A stretch of 64,000 nt of DNA from Balanoglossus misakiensis. Taxonomy: Eukaryota > Animalia > Hemichordata. A program made the position numbers and the translations under genes. Below the pieces are notes generated by a model that was not told the origin of the DNA, ran no database searches, and saw only the letters and a list, made by a program, of their open reading frames with translations. The stretch is from contig JBECUI020000027.1 of the NCBI GenBank assembly GCA_040954595.2, positions 186,001-250,000 on the forward strand. Direction: 5' to 3'. This document shows, in pieces, positions 33,600 to 43,537 of this stretch (position 1 is the first letter of the stretch; each line of letters begins with the position of its first letter).

Positions 33600-34553
33600 C
33601 TACTCGTAGCGGATCTGTGGGTCAATCCAGACATAGGATACATCCACCAGCATGTTGATCAGTACGTAAATAAAGGCAAGAACAAGAACTGTCCCCACAA
33701 CAAGGGGTTCATCCCTTCGAAAAATAGCGTTGACGGCCAAACGCCCCACACCAGGCCAGGCAAACACGGTTTCCGTCAAAATAGCCCCAGCAAAGAGCCT
33801 GGATAGTTGGTTACCCACATTGGTAAGAACTGGAAGAAGGGCATTCCTGAAGGCATGGTTCAGGATAATCTTGTTTTCCGGCACTCCCTTGGACCGGGCC
33901 GTTCGGATATAGTCCATCTGGAGAATCTCTAGCATAGAAGAACGGGTCAGGCGGGTTGTGGAAGCCATAAAAATAAAAGACAGTACCAGAGAAGGCATAA
34001 TGATGTGTTTCAGTCCCTCTATAGTCCAAATAGGACCGCCATAACCGGAAACGGGAAGAACTTTTAGCCAAACCCCGAAAATATAGATCAGGAGTATCCC
34101 CGAAAAAAAAACCGGAACAGAAATACCCAGAAGAGCAACCGTCATGGACGCATGGTCAAAAAAAGACCGCCGCTTCACTGCGGAAATAATACCGGCAGGC
34201 ACAGAAAGCACAAGGGCCAGCATAAAGGCTGTAAAACCCAATTCTAGGGTTGCAGGCATTCTTTCCATAACTGTTTTTAAAACACTTTGCTTGTAGTAGA
34301 TACTTTTCAGTTCCCCTGTTAGAAGATTTTTCAGAATCAGGAAGTATTGAACAAAAAATGGCTTATCCAGGCCGTATTTAATCCGTGTCAGCTCAATCGT
34401 TTCCTCTGTCGCCCTCTCGCCCAGCAAGACACCTGCCATATCTTGGGGGGCCAGCTTCATCAACGAGAAGACTAAAAGAGAAAGAAAAAGCATCAGGGGA
34501 AGAAGCATCGCTAATCTTTTTAGTATGTAGAGCAACACGACGTGGGTCCTCAA
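33600..34553 (-). CDS. Peptide ABC permease (DppB/OppB)
   Basis: GLDKPF..QY, PATLEL, DYIRTARSKG, ETVFAWPGVG. Confidence 0.92.
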   Translation of the reverse strand: MRTHVVLLYILKRLAMLLPLMLFLSLLVFSLMKLAPQDMAGVLLGERATEETIELTRIKYGLDKPFFVQYFLILKNLLTGELKSIYYKQSVLKTVMERMPATLELGFTAFMLALVLSVPAGIISAVKRRSFFDHASMTVALLGISVPVFFSGILLIYIFGVWLKVLPVSGYGGPIWTIEGLKHIIMPSLVLSFIFMASTTRLTRSSMLEILQMDYIRTARSKGVPENKIILNHAFRNALLPVLTNVGNQLSRLFAGAILTETVFAWPGVGRLAVNAIFRRDEPLVVGTVLVLAFIYVLINMLVDVSYVWIDPQIRYE

Positions 34554-34621
34554 TGTGTTTAAGGCGCTGGACAGTATGACATCAAGAAATTATCTTGTAT
34601 TCCCGTCCAGCTCTGAATTTC

Positions 34622-36196
34622 CTATTGTAGATCAATATTGCGATCTGAAGCCATCAAAATGATGTAGCCCTGGGGCGTCACTTTAAAGTTCTGTACCGAC
34701 TTTCTGGTAGCCACAGATACCTTGTTAAAAACAAGGGGAATGTGAATGTAGTCCTCAGCCAAGGCTTTTCTCATGATTCCCTTATAGACTTCTCCCCTTT
34801 GGTCAGGGTCGCTAAGCTGTCTCCCTTTTTCAAGGGCCGCATCGATCTCAGGAACTTCGTATTTGGAAAAATTGGTCCCCGAACCGGTGTGGAATATCTT
34901 GTAGCTCCATCTATCCGGATCAGGAACGGAACCCCAACCCAGCAAATACATACCACCACCTTCTTCGCTTCTGAGTTTATCAAAGAAGGTACCCGACTCT
35001 ACAGATTGGATTTTGACCCTCAAATCATATTGGGCCAGTTCGGTGGCAATAACGGTGGCCAGCTGGACGCGCTGGGTCCGCTGTCCCAGCCAAATTTCAA
35101 TTTCTTCGTTTGCCGAGATAACACCATCGGCCCTTAGCTCATCAAAAAGTTCTTTGGCCTTTTCCGGATCATGGGGGAGGGCCGCCTTTTTCATGAAATC
35201 CTTGTCGTCAGGAAATACACCGTCTGGAATCCATGTGTAGGCCCGCTCAGCGCTGTTTCCCCAGATTCCCTCTATGGCTTTATCGAAGGGAACGGCGTAG
35301 TAAACAGCCCTTCGGAATCGCAGGTCATTATACGGAGCCAGTTTGTAGTTGAAACCCAGCCATCGGTTAGATAATCCCGCAACAGAGTGAATAACGAAAT
35401 TGCTATCCTTTGCCAGAGCTTCCAAATCTTGGGGAAAAAGAGAAGCGGCTATGTCAATTCCACCAGCCTTGAGTTCTGCAACCATAACTTCCAGTTTGGG
35501 GATGGGTCTAAATATGATCTTCTCCAGATGAGGTGTCCCTAAAAAATAGGAATTGTTCCGTTCCAGAACAATTTTGTCATCAGGAATCCACTCCACAAAC
35601 TTAAAAGGGCCTGATCCCACAGGAGCTCGATCAAAAGCCTCGTGTCCAACTTCCCCTACCAACTTGGCAGGAATAATACCGGAAGCTGGATTCCCCAGGG
35701 CTAGGAGGAAGGGGCTGTAGGAAGCCTCAAGGGTAATGACGACCTCATAGGGGCCAGGAGTTTCCACCGAAACAATCGGAGTAAAGAACTCTGCCGAAGG
35801 AGAGGCCAGTTCGGGATTCATGATTTCCTCAATAGTGAATTTAACATCTTCTGAAGTTAATGGATCACCGTTGTGAAAGGTAACATCTTCCCTGAGTTGG
35901 AAGCTGTATACTCTACCATCATCAGAGATTGACCAGGATTTTGCGAGCAGAGGTGTTGGTACAGATGGATTCTCTTTATAAGAAACCAAAGTATCAAAGA
36001 TATTACTAGCCAAAGTTTCTCCATCCAGTCCAATAATGAACACAGGGTTAAGGTTCGCAGCCTCCGAAGTCAGGCCGACTGTGAGGATTTTTTCCATAAC
36101 CTCTTCCTGCTTCTCCTCTGCTACCTGTCCTTGCCCTCCTGCATAAAGGTAGGAACCGAACAGAAACATAAATAACATATACGAAAGAACTTTCAT
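34622..36196 (-). CDS. Peptide ABC substrate-binding protein (family 5)
   Basis: LAKSW, LREDVTFHNG.PLTSEDVKFT, PVGSGPF; spirochaete-style 'AGG' N-terminus. Confidence 0.92.
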   Translation of the reverse strand: MKVLSYMLFMFLFGSYLYAGGQGQVAEEKQEEVMEKILTVGLTSEAANLNPVFIIGLDGETLASNIFDTLVSYKENPSVPTPLLAKSWSISDDGRVYSFQLREDVTFHNGDPLTSEDVKFTIEEIMNPELASPSAEFFTPIVSVETPGPYEVVITLEASYSPFLLALGNPASGIIPAKLVGEVGHEAFDRAPVGSGPFKFVEWIPDDKIVLERNNSYFLGTPHLEKIIFRPIPKLEVMVAELKAGGIDIAASLFPQDLEALAKDSNFVIHSVAGLSNRWLGFNYKLAPYNDLRFRRAVYYAVPFDKAIEGIWGNSAERAYTWIPDGVFPDDKDFMKKAALPHDPEKAKELFDELRADGVISANEEIEIWLGQRTQRVQLATVIATELAQYDLRVKIQSVESGTFFDKLRSEEGGGMYLLGWGSVPDPDRWSYKIFHTGSGTNFSKYEVPEIDAALEKGRQLSDPDQRGEVYKGIMRKALAEDYIHIPLVFNKVSVATRKSVQNFKVTPQGYIILMASDRNIDLQ

Positions 36197-36448
36197 TGAT
36201 ATCTCCTTTTCGATAAATAAAAAATATTAAGTATATTCCTTTTAAAAGCTTTGTCCATATCTTAAACTATGAAAAGAAATTGTGTATCCTGAAAGTGGAG
36301 TCTCGTTTAAGGTAAAATCTGAAAAGAATTGGATAAGTCTGCGACCCCATAGTTACCTCCTTCTTCAGGCGGCAGAAGGCTTTAACGGTCATGGCAATCA
36401 TGTGATGCAGGAACTTTCATAAAAGGGCATGGGGGATAGGTGGAACTG

Positions 36449-36553
36449 TATCATCGTTATGAAAGGTAACATCTTCCCTGCAAGCGTATACGCTAACATC
36501 ATCAACGTTTGGCCAAGGTTCTGCTGAGAAGAGATGGGGGGTACCGATGGATT
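36449..36553 (-). pseudogene. Eroded fragment of a substrate-binding-protein paralog
   Basis: 21-nt identity tgaaaggtaacatcttccctg (36460-36480 vs 35874-35894) plus flanking similarity. Confidence 0.65.
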
Positions 36554-36704
36554 GGGGCCTTTGCCTTAAGGGGCCTTTTATCGATAATGATCTTCTTAAG
36601 CATGCCCTTAGGTATTTCTTCTGGAACTCTTGGTTGAGACCTATGGAAAGAACAGCGATAGAACCTGGAAAGATACACCAGGGAAAAGGTTGGAAACTGA
36701 TTTA

Positions 36705-37781
36705 ATGGAAGTAGAAAAACAAATACGGAATATTCTTCTTTTCTTGTCAATAATTCTAATGTTTACGGTTCTTAAACAGTTGGCTACGTTACTCATCCCC
36801 CTAGCCCTTGCGGGGCTGCTGATCATGCTCGAACTTCCCATAGTAAAGGCGCGGGAAAGAATGAGAATTCCCCAATTTTTCATTAGATTTCTGGTGGCCT
36901 TGGCTTCTCTTGGAGTGGTTTTTCTTGTGATTCTGATGATTAGCGGAGTCGTCAAGGACATGGCCGGGGAACAGGCCTCTTTGTCCAACCAGCTTAGGAA
37001 ACAGATAAATATTTTTTTCACATGGCTGGCCAGGATCATTCCAGAAGGGACTCTCAGCGTTGAAACTTTAAAGGAAGAGTTTTTTACCCTTATTAGTCCT
37101 GAAAGGGTTGTCGCCTCTCTTACCACCTTAGCTAGAAACGTAAGTTCTTTTGGTAGCTCCATCTTTCTTTTCTTTCTGTATTACCTGATTCTTCTCTTCG
37201 GAGCTACCCGTTATCAAGGCTTTGTGCGTCATGTGGCGGGAGAAGAAAAAGGTATTGGGGACATCTGGTTGGAAATACAGCAGAGCATTTCAATCTATGT
37301 GCGAGTAAAAACCTTTACCAGTCTTCTAACTGGACTTGTCGTAGGACTTATTTGCAAGGGCTTCGGCATTCGCTATGCCCTCTTTTGGGGATTTCTCACT
37401 TTTCTTTTTAATTACATACCCTCCATTGGCTCCATTTTCGCCACAGTTCTGCCTCTACTCATGGCGATTGTGCAGTTTGGCTCCGGTGTAAAAATTCTGC
37501 TGATTCTTGCTGCCTTGGGACTGTTCCAATTTCTCATCGGCAGCGTTCTGGATCCCTATCTCCTGGGGAATCGCTTGAGATTAAATACTGTGACGGTGAT
37601 TTTTGGGCTTTTTTTCTGGGGTTATATCTGGGGGATACCAGGCATGTTGTTTTCAGTTCCCTTTATGGTAGTTATCAGATTATTCCTGGAGCGTAACCAG
37701 AATCTGGCCATTGTGGCCCGGATCATGGGGTATCCGGAAACTACGCTGCGACGCCCAAAGAAAATCCCCCCCCAGGAGTGA
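36705..37781 (+). CDS. AI-2E family transporter
   Basis: Multiple TM segments; FLFNYIPSIGS, LDPYLLGNRL, WGYIWGIPGMLFSVP; start could be 36630. Confidence 0.88.
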   Translation: MEVEKQIRNILLFLSIILMFTVLKQLATLLIPLALAGLLIMLELPIVKARERMRIPQFFIRFLVALASLGVVFLVILMISGVVKDMAGEQASLSNQLRKQINIFFTWLARIIPEGTLSVETLKEEFFTLISPERVVASLTTLARNVSSFGSSIFLFFLYYLILLFGATRYQGFVRHVAGEEKGIGDIWLEIQQSISIYVRVKTFTSLLTGLVVGLICKGFGIRYALFWGFLTFLFNYIPSIGSIFATVLPLLMAIVQFGSGVKILLILAALGLFQFLIGSVLDPYLLGNRLRLNTVTVIFGLFFWGYIWGIPGMLFSVPFMVVIRLFLERNQNLAIVARIMGYPETTLRRPKKIPPQE

Positions 37782-38200
37782 AACCTCCTGGGAGGCCAAG
37801 CTAATTCCAGTTTGACCTGGTTTTCAATCACGAAGTCTGCAGAATTGATGGTACAGGCTCATTGTCCCATATAATGAAATAATTCCTGTCTTGCTTAGTT
37901 GGGCCTTGCCATCCATAAGCCTACAAAGTAAGAAGATTCCTACCGTTTTCCCTCTAAAAAGAAAATTTAAAGCAGAAAAACTACAATAAAAAAACACAGG
38001 CAAAACCTTCAATCCTCCCCCCCCCCTAAATTCTCAGTTTTCTGACTTGGACATTGCCATGCTTAACAGTGGCAAGACCATAAAGTCTTTCTAATTTCTC
38101 ATGAATTTCTGCAAGGAAGCGCAAGGGTACCTGCCCCGGCCCCCTGTCTCAAAATATCCCTTGAAGAAATTGCCATTTTCTTTTAGATTTATGGAGAGGA

Positions 38201-39220
38201 ATGAACATGGTTTCATCGAAACAATTGTATAAAAAACTCAGCAAACTACAATTAGGTGTAGAAGAAGGAAACCTCCGGGCCTATATAGAATCGGTAATGC
38301 CCGTAATTAGAGATATTGAAGAACTCAAACAGGAAAAAAACGCAGTGGTGTTGGCCCATTCCTATGTGAGACCTATCATTCTGTATTCCGTGGCAGACTT
38401 TGTGGGTGACTCCTATGGGCTGAGTAAAGATGCTCTTAAAGTCGATGCGGAAACAATTGTCTTTGCCGCAGTGCGATTTATGGGCGAAACCGCAAAAATC
38501 CTCAATCCAAAAAAGGAAGTTCTTATCCCAGGTGACGACGCTGGGTGTTCCCTGGCCGATTCCATTACTGCCTCTGAAGTTCGGGAGCTGAGAAGGCTTC
38601 ATCCTAAGCACACTTTTGTCTGTTATATCAACACCACCGCTGAGGTAAAGGCCGAATGTGATGTTTGTGTTACTTCTTCCAACGTCTACGATATTGTAGA
38701 GAAGATTCCCAATGACAAGATAGTCTTTCTTCCTGATCAGCTCATGGGACGGAATCTGATTAGAGAAATGGCTGACCGGGGAATAAAAAAGGAGATTCTT
38801 CTTACCGATGGAACCTGTTATGTCCATGAGGAATTCAATCCTGATTTAATTTCCTTTTGGAGAGTACGTCATCCTGATCTCTATGTTTTGGCCCATCCAG
38901 AATGCCGCCCGGAGATTCTCAAGGAAGCGGATTTTGTGGGCAGCACCAGTCAGATGTTTGCGGCAGTAAAAACTATGTCTGCCAATCATCACTATTTGAT
39001 GCTCACAGAATGTGGACTTGTCAGCCGCATAGAGGTAGAAATTCCCGGAAGGCGGTTTGTGGGCTCCTGTCAGCTCTGTAAGTACATGAAATCTAACTCT
39101 CTGGAAGGCATACGAAGAGTACTTCGTATGCCTTCCACAAAGGACCGGATAGTTCTTGAACCCCAGGTTCTCGAAAAAGCGCGGGTCTGCGTGGATGCCA
39201 TGTTTACCTACACAGAATAG
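38201..39220 (+). CDS. nadA: Quinolinate synthase
   Basis: LAHSY, ADFVGDS, FMGETAK, GCSLAD, YINT, CYVH, AHPEC, CKYMK. Confidence 0.95.
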   Translation: MNMVSSKQLYKKLSKLQLGVEEGNLRAYIESVMPVIRDIEELKQEKNAVVLAHSYVRPIILYSVADFVGDSYGLSKDALKVDAETIVFAAVRFMGETAKILNPKKEVLIPGDDAGCSLADSITASEVRELRRLHPKHTFVCYINTTAEVKAECDVCVTSSNVYDIVEKIPNDKIVFLPDQLMGRNLIREMADRGIKKEILLTDGTCYVHEEFNPDLISFWRVRHPDLYVLAHPECRPEILKEADFVGSTSQMFAAVKTMSANHHYLMLTECGLVSRIEVEIPGRRFVGSCQLCKYMKSNSLEGIRRVLRMPSTKDRIVLEPQVLEKARVCVDAMFTYTE

Positions 39221-39227
39221 TTCCCCC

Positions 39228-40592
39228 CTATTCTCTCTTCTTCTTTGCCGGGGCGTTCACGAAGAAGACTGCCAGGATGGCAAGGCTGCCCCCCAGAAGA
39301 GTACTCACAAGGAGTTTTTCTCCCAGAATCAGGACGGAGGAGATTAGGGCCGTGATGGGAACCAGAAAGGTAAAGGTGCTGGATCTCTGAGCCCCTAAAT
39401 GTCTGACCGCCAAAAAGTAAAGCCCTGTTCCCAGGGAACCGGCCAAAAGTGCCAGGTACAAAATCAACACCCAAAAACTTCCTTCTAGTCCGGGAGGACT
39501 TAAAGAGTTTTCCTGCAAGGCGAAAGGAAAAGCTAAGAGGGTGGCGGCGGCATAGAGGAAGAAATTAAATCTGAAGAAACCCCATACATCTTGCCCACGG
39601 CGACTCAGAATTGTAAGCCCTGCCCAGAGCATCGCCGCCCATAAGAACAGAAGATTGCTCCTTGTTCCCCATTCTGCAGAATTGAACCGCCATGGCTGCA
39701 GGAGCAGCCCCCCCCCCAGCAGTCCCAAAAGAAGCCCTATAATCTGATAACTCTTAGGGCGGGAACGGGTCAACAACAGGACAAAAAGAAAGGTAAAAAT
39801 AGGGTTTAATGTGGTGACAATCATTCCCCCCTGTCCAGCAAGTCCTGTGTCCAAGCCTCGAAAGAAGAAGCGGTTGTAAAAGGTGAGGGCCCCTGCCCCC
39901 GCCAGAGTCCAGACCCAGCTCCGCCAATCTTTTGCCGCAGCCCTCAGGGAAGGAGGTTGTTTTTTCGTAGATGACTGATGGAAAAAAAGGGTAGGAAGAA
40001 AACTGGCGGCACTGATAAGAAAGCGCCAGAAAACAATGGTGTTCAGGGAGGCTGTGGTGGTAACCAATTTCCCAATCACCCAGCTAAAACCCCAGATACT
40101 CGTGGTACATAACAAAAGGAGAGAAAAGATAATTTCCCTTCCCAGACCTACTCCCACTCTATCTTGGTTTTCTTTTAGAACACTGTTCCGGAGGGTGGAA
40201 CTGAAAAATTCCCTCTTCCAAGGGGGTAGGACAATGATTCTGGGTTTGTCCCAGTCCGGGGGCTGCTGGTCCAGCCAGGCCTCTAAATTGGCCAAAAGAA
40301 TTTCCTGGTCATGGCCTAGGCAGATAATATCCGGTTTATGCTGATCCACCACACCGTAGGTACCTATTTGATGATCGGAGATAACCGCCTTATCTACCAG
40401 ACGGGAACTTTCCAGATGACGAACTCTTTCTTCCTGATTATAAATAGGATCATGAGCCTTCCAACGGCGAACGTACTCGTCCCGGGAGACTACCGCCACT
40501 AAGTAGCTTCCCTCCCGACGGGCTTTTTTGAGAAAAAATTTATGACCAGGATGGAGAACGTCAAAAGTACCAAATACCATAACAGTTTTCAT
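39228..40592 (-). CDS. Fusion of HxGH nucleotidyltransferase (RibL/cytidylyltransferase-like) and EamA/DMT transporter
   Basis: N-terminal FGTFDVLHPGH..PDIICLGHDQ..SST; C-terminal ~10 TM EamA (WGFSW, FWRF, GEKL). Confidence 0.8.
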   Translation of the reverse strand: MKTVMVFGTFDVLHPGHKFFLKKARREGSYLVAVVSRDEYVRRWKAHDPIYNQEERVRHLESSRLVDKAVISDHQIGTYGVVDQHKPDIICLGHDQEILLANLEAWLDQQPPDWDKPRIIVLPPWKREFFSSTLRNSVLKENQDRVGVGLGREIIFSLLLLCTTSIWGFSWVIGKLVTTTASLNTIVFWRFLISAASFLPTLFFHQSSTKKQPPSLRAAAKDWRSWVWTLAGAGALTFYNRFFFRGLDTGLAGQGGMIVTTLNPIFTFLFVLLLTRSRPKSYQIIGLLLGLLGGGLLLQPWRFNSAEWGTRSNLLFLWAAMLWAGLTILSRRGQDVWGFFRFNFFLYAAATLLAFPFALQENSLSPPGLEGSFWVLILYLALLAGSLGTGLYFLAVRHLGAQRSSTFTFLVPITALISSVLILGEKLLVSTLLGGSLAILAVFFVNAPAKKKRE

Positions 40593-40672
40593 AGAACCAT
40601 TATAGAAACAGAGAATGCTTCTGACTACGGAGGCCTCCCCTCCCCCCAATCTCCACAAATCCCTCCCATGAG

Positions 40673-42023
40673 GGTAGTGTCAAGAATTTTGCGCACTTTC
40701 ACATCTCCAATGTTGAAAGAGCCTAACTTACATCTTGCCTTATCGCTTCAAGTAAGTCCATATTCAAATACTTTTCTGTACTCCATTTTGTTCCCATGAT
40801 GTACCTGAGCCTGGCAGCTGATAGCATAAGGGCCGAATCCCCATCGGGGAAATGTTCTGCAACTTTGGTTCTGCGTTTGATTTCTTTCATGATTCTTTCA
40901 AGAGGATTATTAGTCCTGATCCGAATCCAATGTTCCTGAGGGAAATACATATGCTCAAGAGTTTCGTGGATATAGTTTTTCACCATGTTAGCAGCCTTGG
41001 GAAGTTTCATATTGCGGAGTTTCGTTTCAATCAGTTGAGCCTTCTCAAGAGCAGCATCACGATCTTCTTGCGCATGAATTGCCTTCAACATTGCTGCAAC
41101 TTCACGGACCTTCTCACGGGGAACTACTGAGAATACATTCCGGTAATAGTGAACAACGCATCGTTGCCATCGTGCTTTAGGGAAAAACTCTTCGATGGAT
41201 TCGATCAATCCGATGCATTTGTCGCTTATGAAGAGCTGAGTATCCTTAAGCCCTCGGTTTTTCAAGTGTGCAAGGAAGTTGCTCCATCCAGCTTTATCTT
41301 CCTTTTCACCTTCAACAACACCTAAAACACTACGATATCCGCTTTCTGAGACGCCTATCGCTACCAGAATGCTCACATTTCGCACTTCTCCAGCCCATGA
41401 GCGCTTAAGGATTGTCCCATCCAGATACACATAAGGAAAGTTCTCCTTGATGGGTTGATTCCGCCAAGTATTGATTCTCACGTAGAGATCCTGGTTCAAA
41501 TTGCTCATTGTCCCAGGGCTGACCTTGGTTCCCCAAAGGGCCTCGGTAATATCTTTAACTCGGCGCACTGAAACACCAGCTAAATACATTTCAACTAAGG
41601 CTTCTTCAACGGATGTTTCCCGGCGTTTATAACGCTCAATAATTGCTGTTTCGAATGGAAGCTTTCTTAGCTTTGGAATTTTCAAGTTAACTCTTCCAGC
41701 AGCGATATCCAACTTCCTGGTGTAATGTCCAGCACGAGTATCTTTTCGTGCATCCGTACGCTCGTATTTTTCAGCCTGAAGTAAAAAATCTACCTCTGCA
41801 TTGAGCATGGCATTCAAGGTTCCCTCTACGGTTGTTTTAACCATTTGGCTTAACTTGCTCTGTACAAGACCTTCATCGATCTGTATGATCTTTCCCGTGG
41901 GGTCTTTTTCTGACCTCATTTTGTCCTCCGTGTGAATGGTTTTACATTCGATTCCATTTCAACATTGGAGGACATTTTTTTTCAATGCCTTTTTAGAATG
42001 TGCGCAAAATTCTTGACACTACC
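40673..42023 (-). mobile_element. IS256-family insertion sequence, 1351 bp
   Basis: Terminal IRs GGTAGTGTCAAGAATTTTGCGCAC; 8-bp target duplication CCCATGAG at 40665-40672 and 42024-42031. Confidence 0.95.
40723..41919 (-). CDS. IS256-family (mutator) transposase
   Basis: R.G.Y.R, MYLAGVS.R, YVYLDG, FISD, WQRCVVH, RTNNPLER..EIKRR. Confidence 0.95.
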   Translation of the reverse strand: MRSEKDPTGKIIQIDEGLVQSKLSQMVKTTVEGTLNAMLNAEVDFLLQAEKYERTDARKDTRAGHYTRKLDIAAGRVNLKIPKLRKLPFETAIIERYKRRETSVEEALVEMYLAGVSVRRVKDITEALWGTKVSPGTMSNLNQDLYVRINTWRNQPIKENFPYVYLDGTILKRSWAGEVRNVSILVAIGVSESGYRSVLGVVEGEKEDKAGWSNFLAHLKNRGLKDTQLFISDKCIGLIESIEEFFPKARWQRCVVHYYRNVFSVVPREKVREVAAMLKAIHAQEDRDAALEKAQLIETKLRNMKLPKAANMVKNYIHETLEHMYFPQEHWIRIRTNNPLERIMKEIKRRTKVAEHFPDGDSALMLSAARLRYIMGTKWSTEKYLNMDLLEAIRQDVS

Positions 42024-42205
42024 CCCATGAGAAAGCCTCATCCGCAACCCTGATAATTTTCCTCATCTGAAGCTGGTTTTTCATGCTTCCCCACCAGATG
42101 AGTCTGGAGTTTTAAAGGGGTATTTCCTCATTGAAGAATCAGAATTTTTTCCATCCCTTCCCTTGGGCCTTAGGAAAAACTTTCCTGTTGTTGTCTAGCC
42201 AGGGT

Positions 42206-42620
42206 GGGAGTGTTTAAAAAATGGCTGGACATTTTGAGAATGGAATCAAACAAAAACCACCATTCACACGGAGGACAGAATGAGGTCAGAAAAAGACCCC
42301 ACGGGAAAGATAATACAGATTGATGAAGGACCTCTACAGAACCAAGGAAGCCAAATAGGTTAAAGAAACCACAGAGGAAAACTTAAAGGCCATGCGATGC
42401 GAAGGCAGAGCTTTTACTTCAGGCTGAACAATACCAGAGCTGCAGATGCACATAAAGATATTCGTGGCGAACATTACACCCGAAAGCTAAAGAGCACTGC
42501 TTTCAAGAGTTAAATTGAAAGTAGGGACAGGTCGCGACCTGTCCCTACTTCGGCTTCCATTCGAAACAGCAATGACAGAGCCTTATCAACGCCACGTGAC
42601 TCCCGTTAAAGAAGCACTAA
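42206..42620 (+). pseudogene. Degenerate inverted copy of the IS256 5' end/transposase
   Basis: accattcacacggaggaca.aatgaggtcagaaaaagaccccacgggaaagat matches the reverse complement of the IS start; stops and indels follow. Confidence 0.85.
42521..42548. repeat. GTAG-type REP-like perfect palindrome
   Basis: GTAGGGACAGGTCGCGACCTGTCCCTAC, 28 bp perfect inverted repeat. Confidence 0.8.
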
Positions 42621-42907
42621 AGGAATCTGTGTCTAGGGGATCTCCAGGAATCCAAAAAATACCTCAGCTTCAGTTCGGGAAGCGGCCCAGAACCATCCTC
42701 CTGAAAGGCTGATCCAAGAGGCCAGTACGGTGAGGAACATGACAGAAAATTCCAGATGGGACTGTATTATTCGAGTAATTCTGACAGGAGGAATCAAACA
42801 TAGGGGAAGATCACCTTAAGCCAGGATAACACAAAGAACATGGAGAACCTAGGCAAAAAGGATGCCAGACCTAAAAAAGTTCTCGATGTAAAAAAACTAA
42901 TCCTTAC

Positions 42908-43537
42908 TTAACCCTCATGCTTCTTCTCTAAATCTAACAGCCTGCGTTTAAGTTCCAGTCCTCCCCCGTATCCTGTCAGCCTCCCCCCAGCCCCCACTAC
43001 TCGATGGCAGGGCAAAAGAATGGCAATTCGATTGGTCCCATTCGCTTGCCCCACCGCCCGGGAGGACTGAGGTTTGCCCATGGCAGCGGCCTGTTCTCCA
43101 TAGCTAAGAGTTTTGCCGTAAGGAATAGTGGCTAAGACTGCCCAAGCAGCTTTTTGAAACGGCGTGCCGTAGATATCCAAGGGGAGACTGAATTGCTGAA
43201 GCCTTCCCTCAAAGTATTCCCTGAGTTCCTGGGTCAATGGTTTCTCTAAAGGGGAGGTCCCAGGGGTGGGAACAAGGGCATAGAGACGGCATAGCCGGTG
43301 GACTTGAGCCAGGAGGCGTTTCTCCTGATCAAATTCCAACAGGGCAATTCCCTTCGCTGTAGTCCCTACCCAGAGATTTCCCAGGGGAAGGGTTATCCGG
43401 GTTAAAGTGAGAGGAAGAGAGGCTTTTTCCAAGGAAAAACGGGATTCCTCTCGCCCTAAGAGGTAGGAGGTAAAGGTCTTACAAAAGTCTTCGGCAGAAT
43501 CCCAAGAAAGTTTTGATTCTTGATTCATGAGCGCCAT
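42908..43537 (-). CDS. ogt: Methylated-DNA-protein-cysteine methyltransferase
   Basis: GTPFQ..W, IPYG.T.SY, RAVG.AN, PCHRV. Confidence 0.93.
   Translation of the reverse strand: MALMNQESKLSWDSAEDFCKTFTSYLLGREESRFSLEKASLPLTLTRITLPLGNLWVGTTAKGIALLEFDQEKRLLAQVHRLCRLYALVPTPGTSPLEKPLTQELREYFEGRLQQFSLPLDIYGTPFQKAAWAVLATIPYGKTLSYGEQAAAMGKPQSSRAVGQANGTNRIAILLPCHRVVGAGGRLTGYGGGLELKRRLLDLEKKHEG

Noticed and set aside
37824-38030. 62 aa ORF behind a C-rich run (possible phase-variable gene)
   Set aside because: No recognisable homology; looks like decayed intergenic sequence
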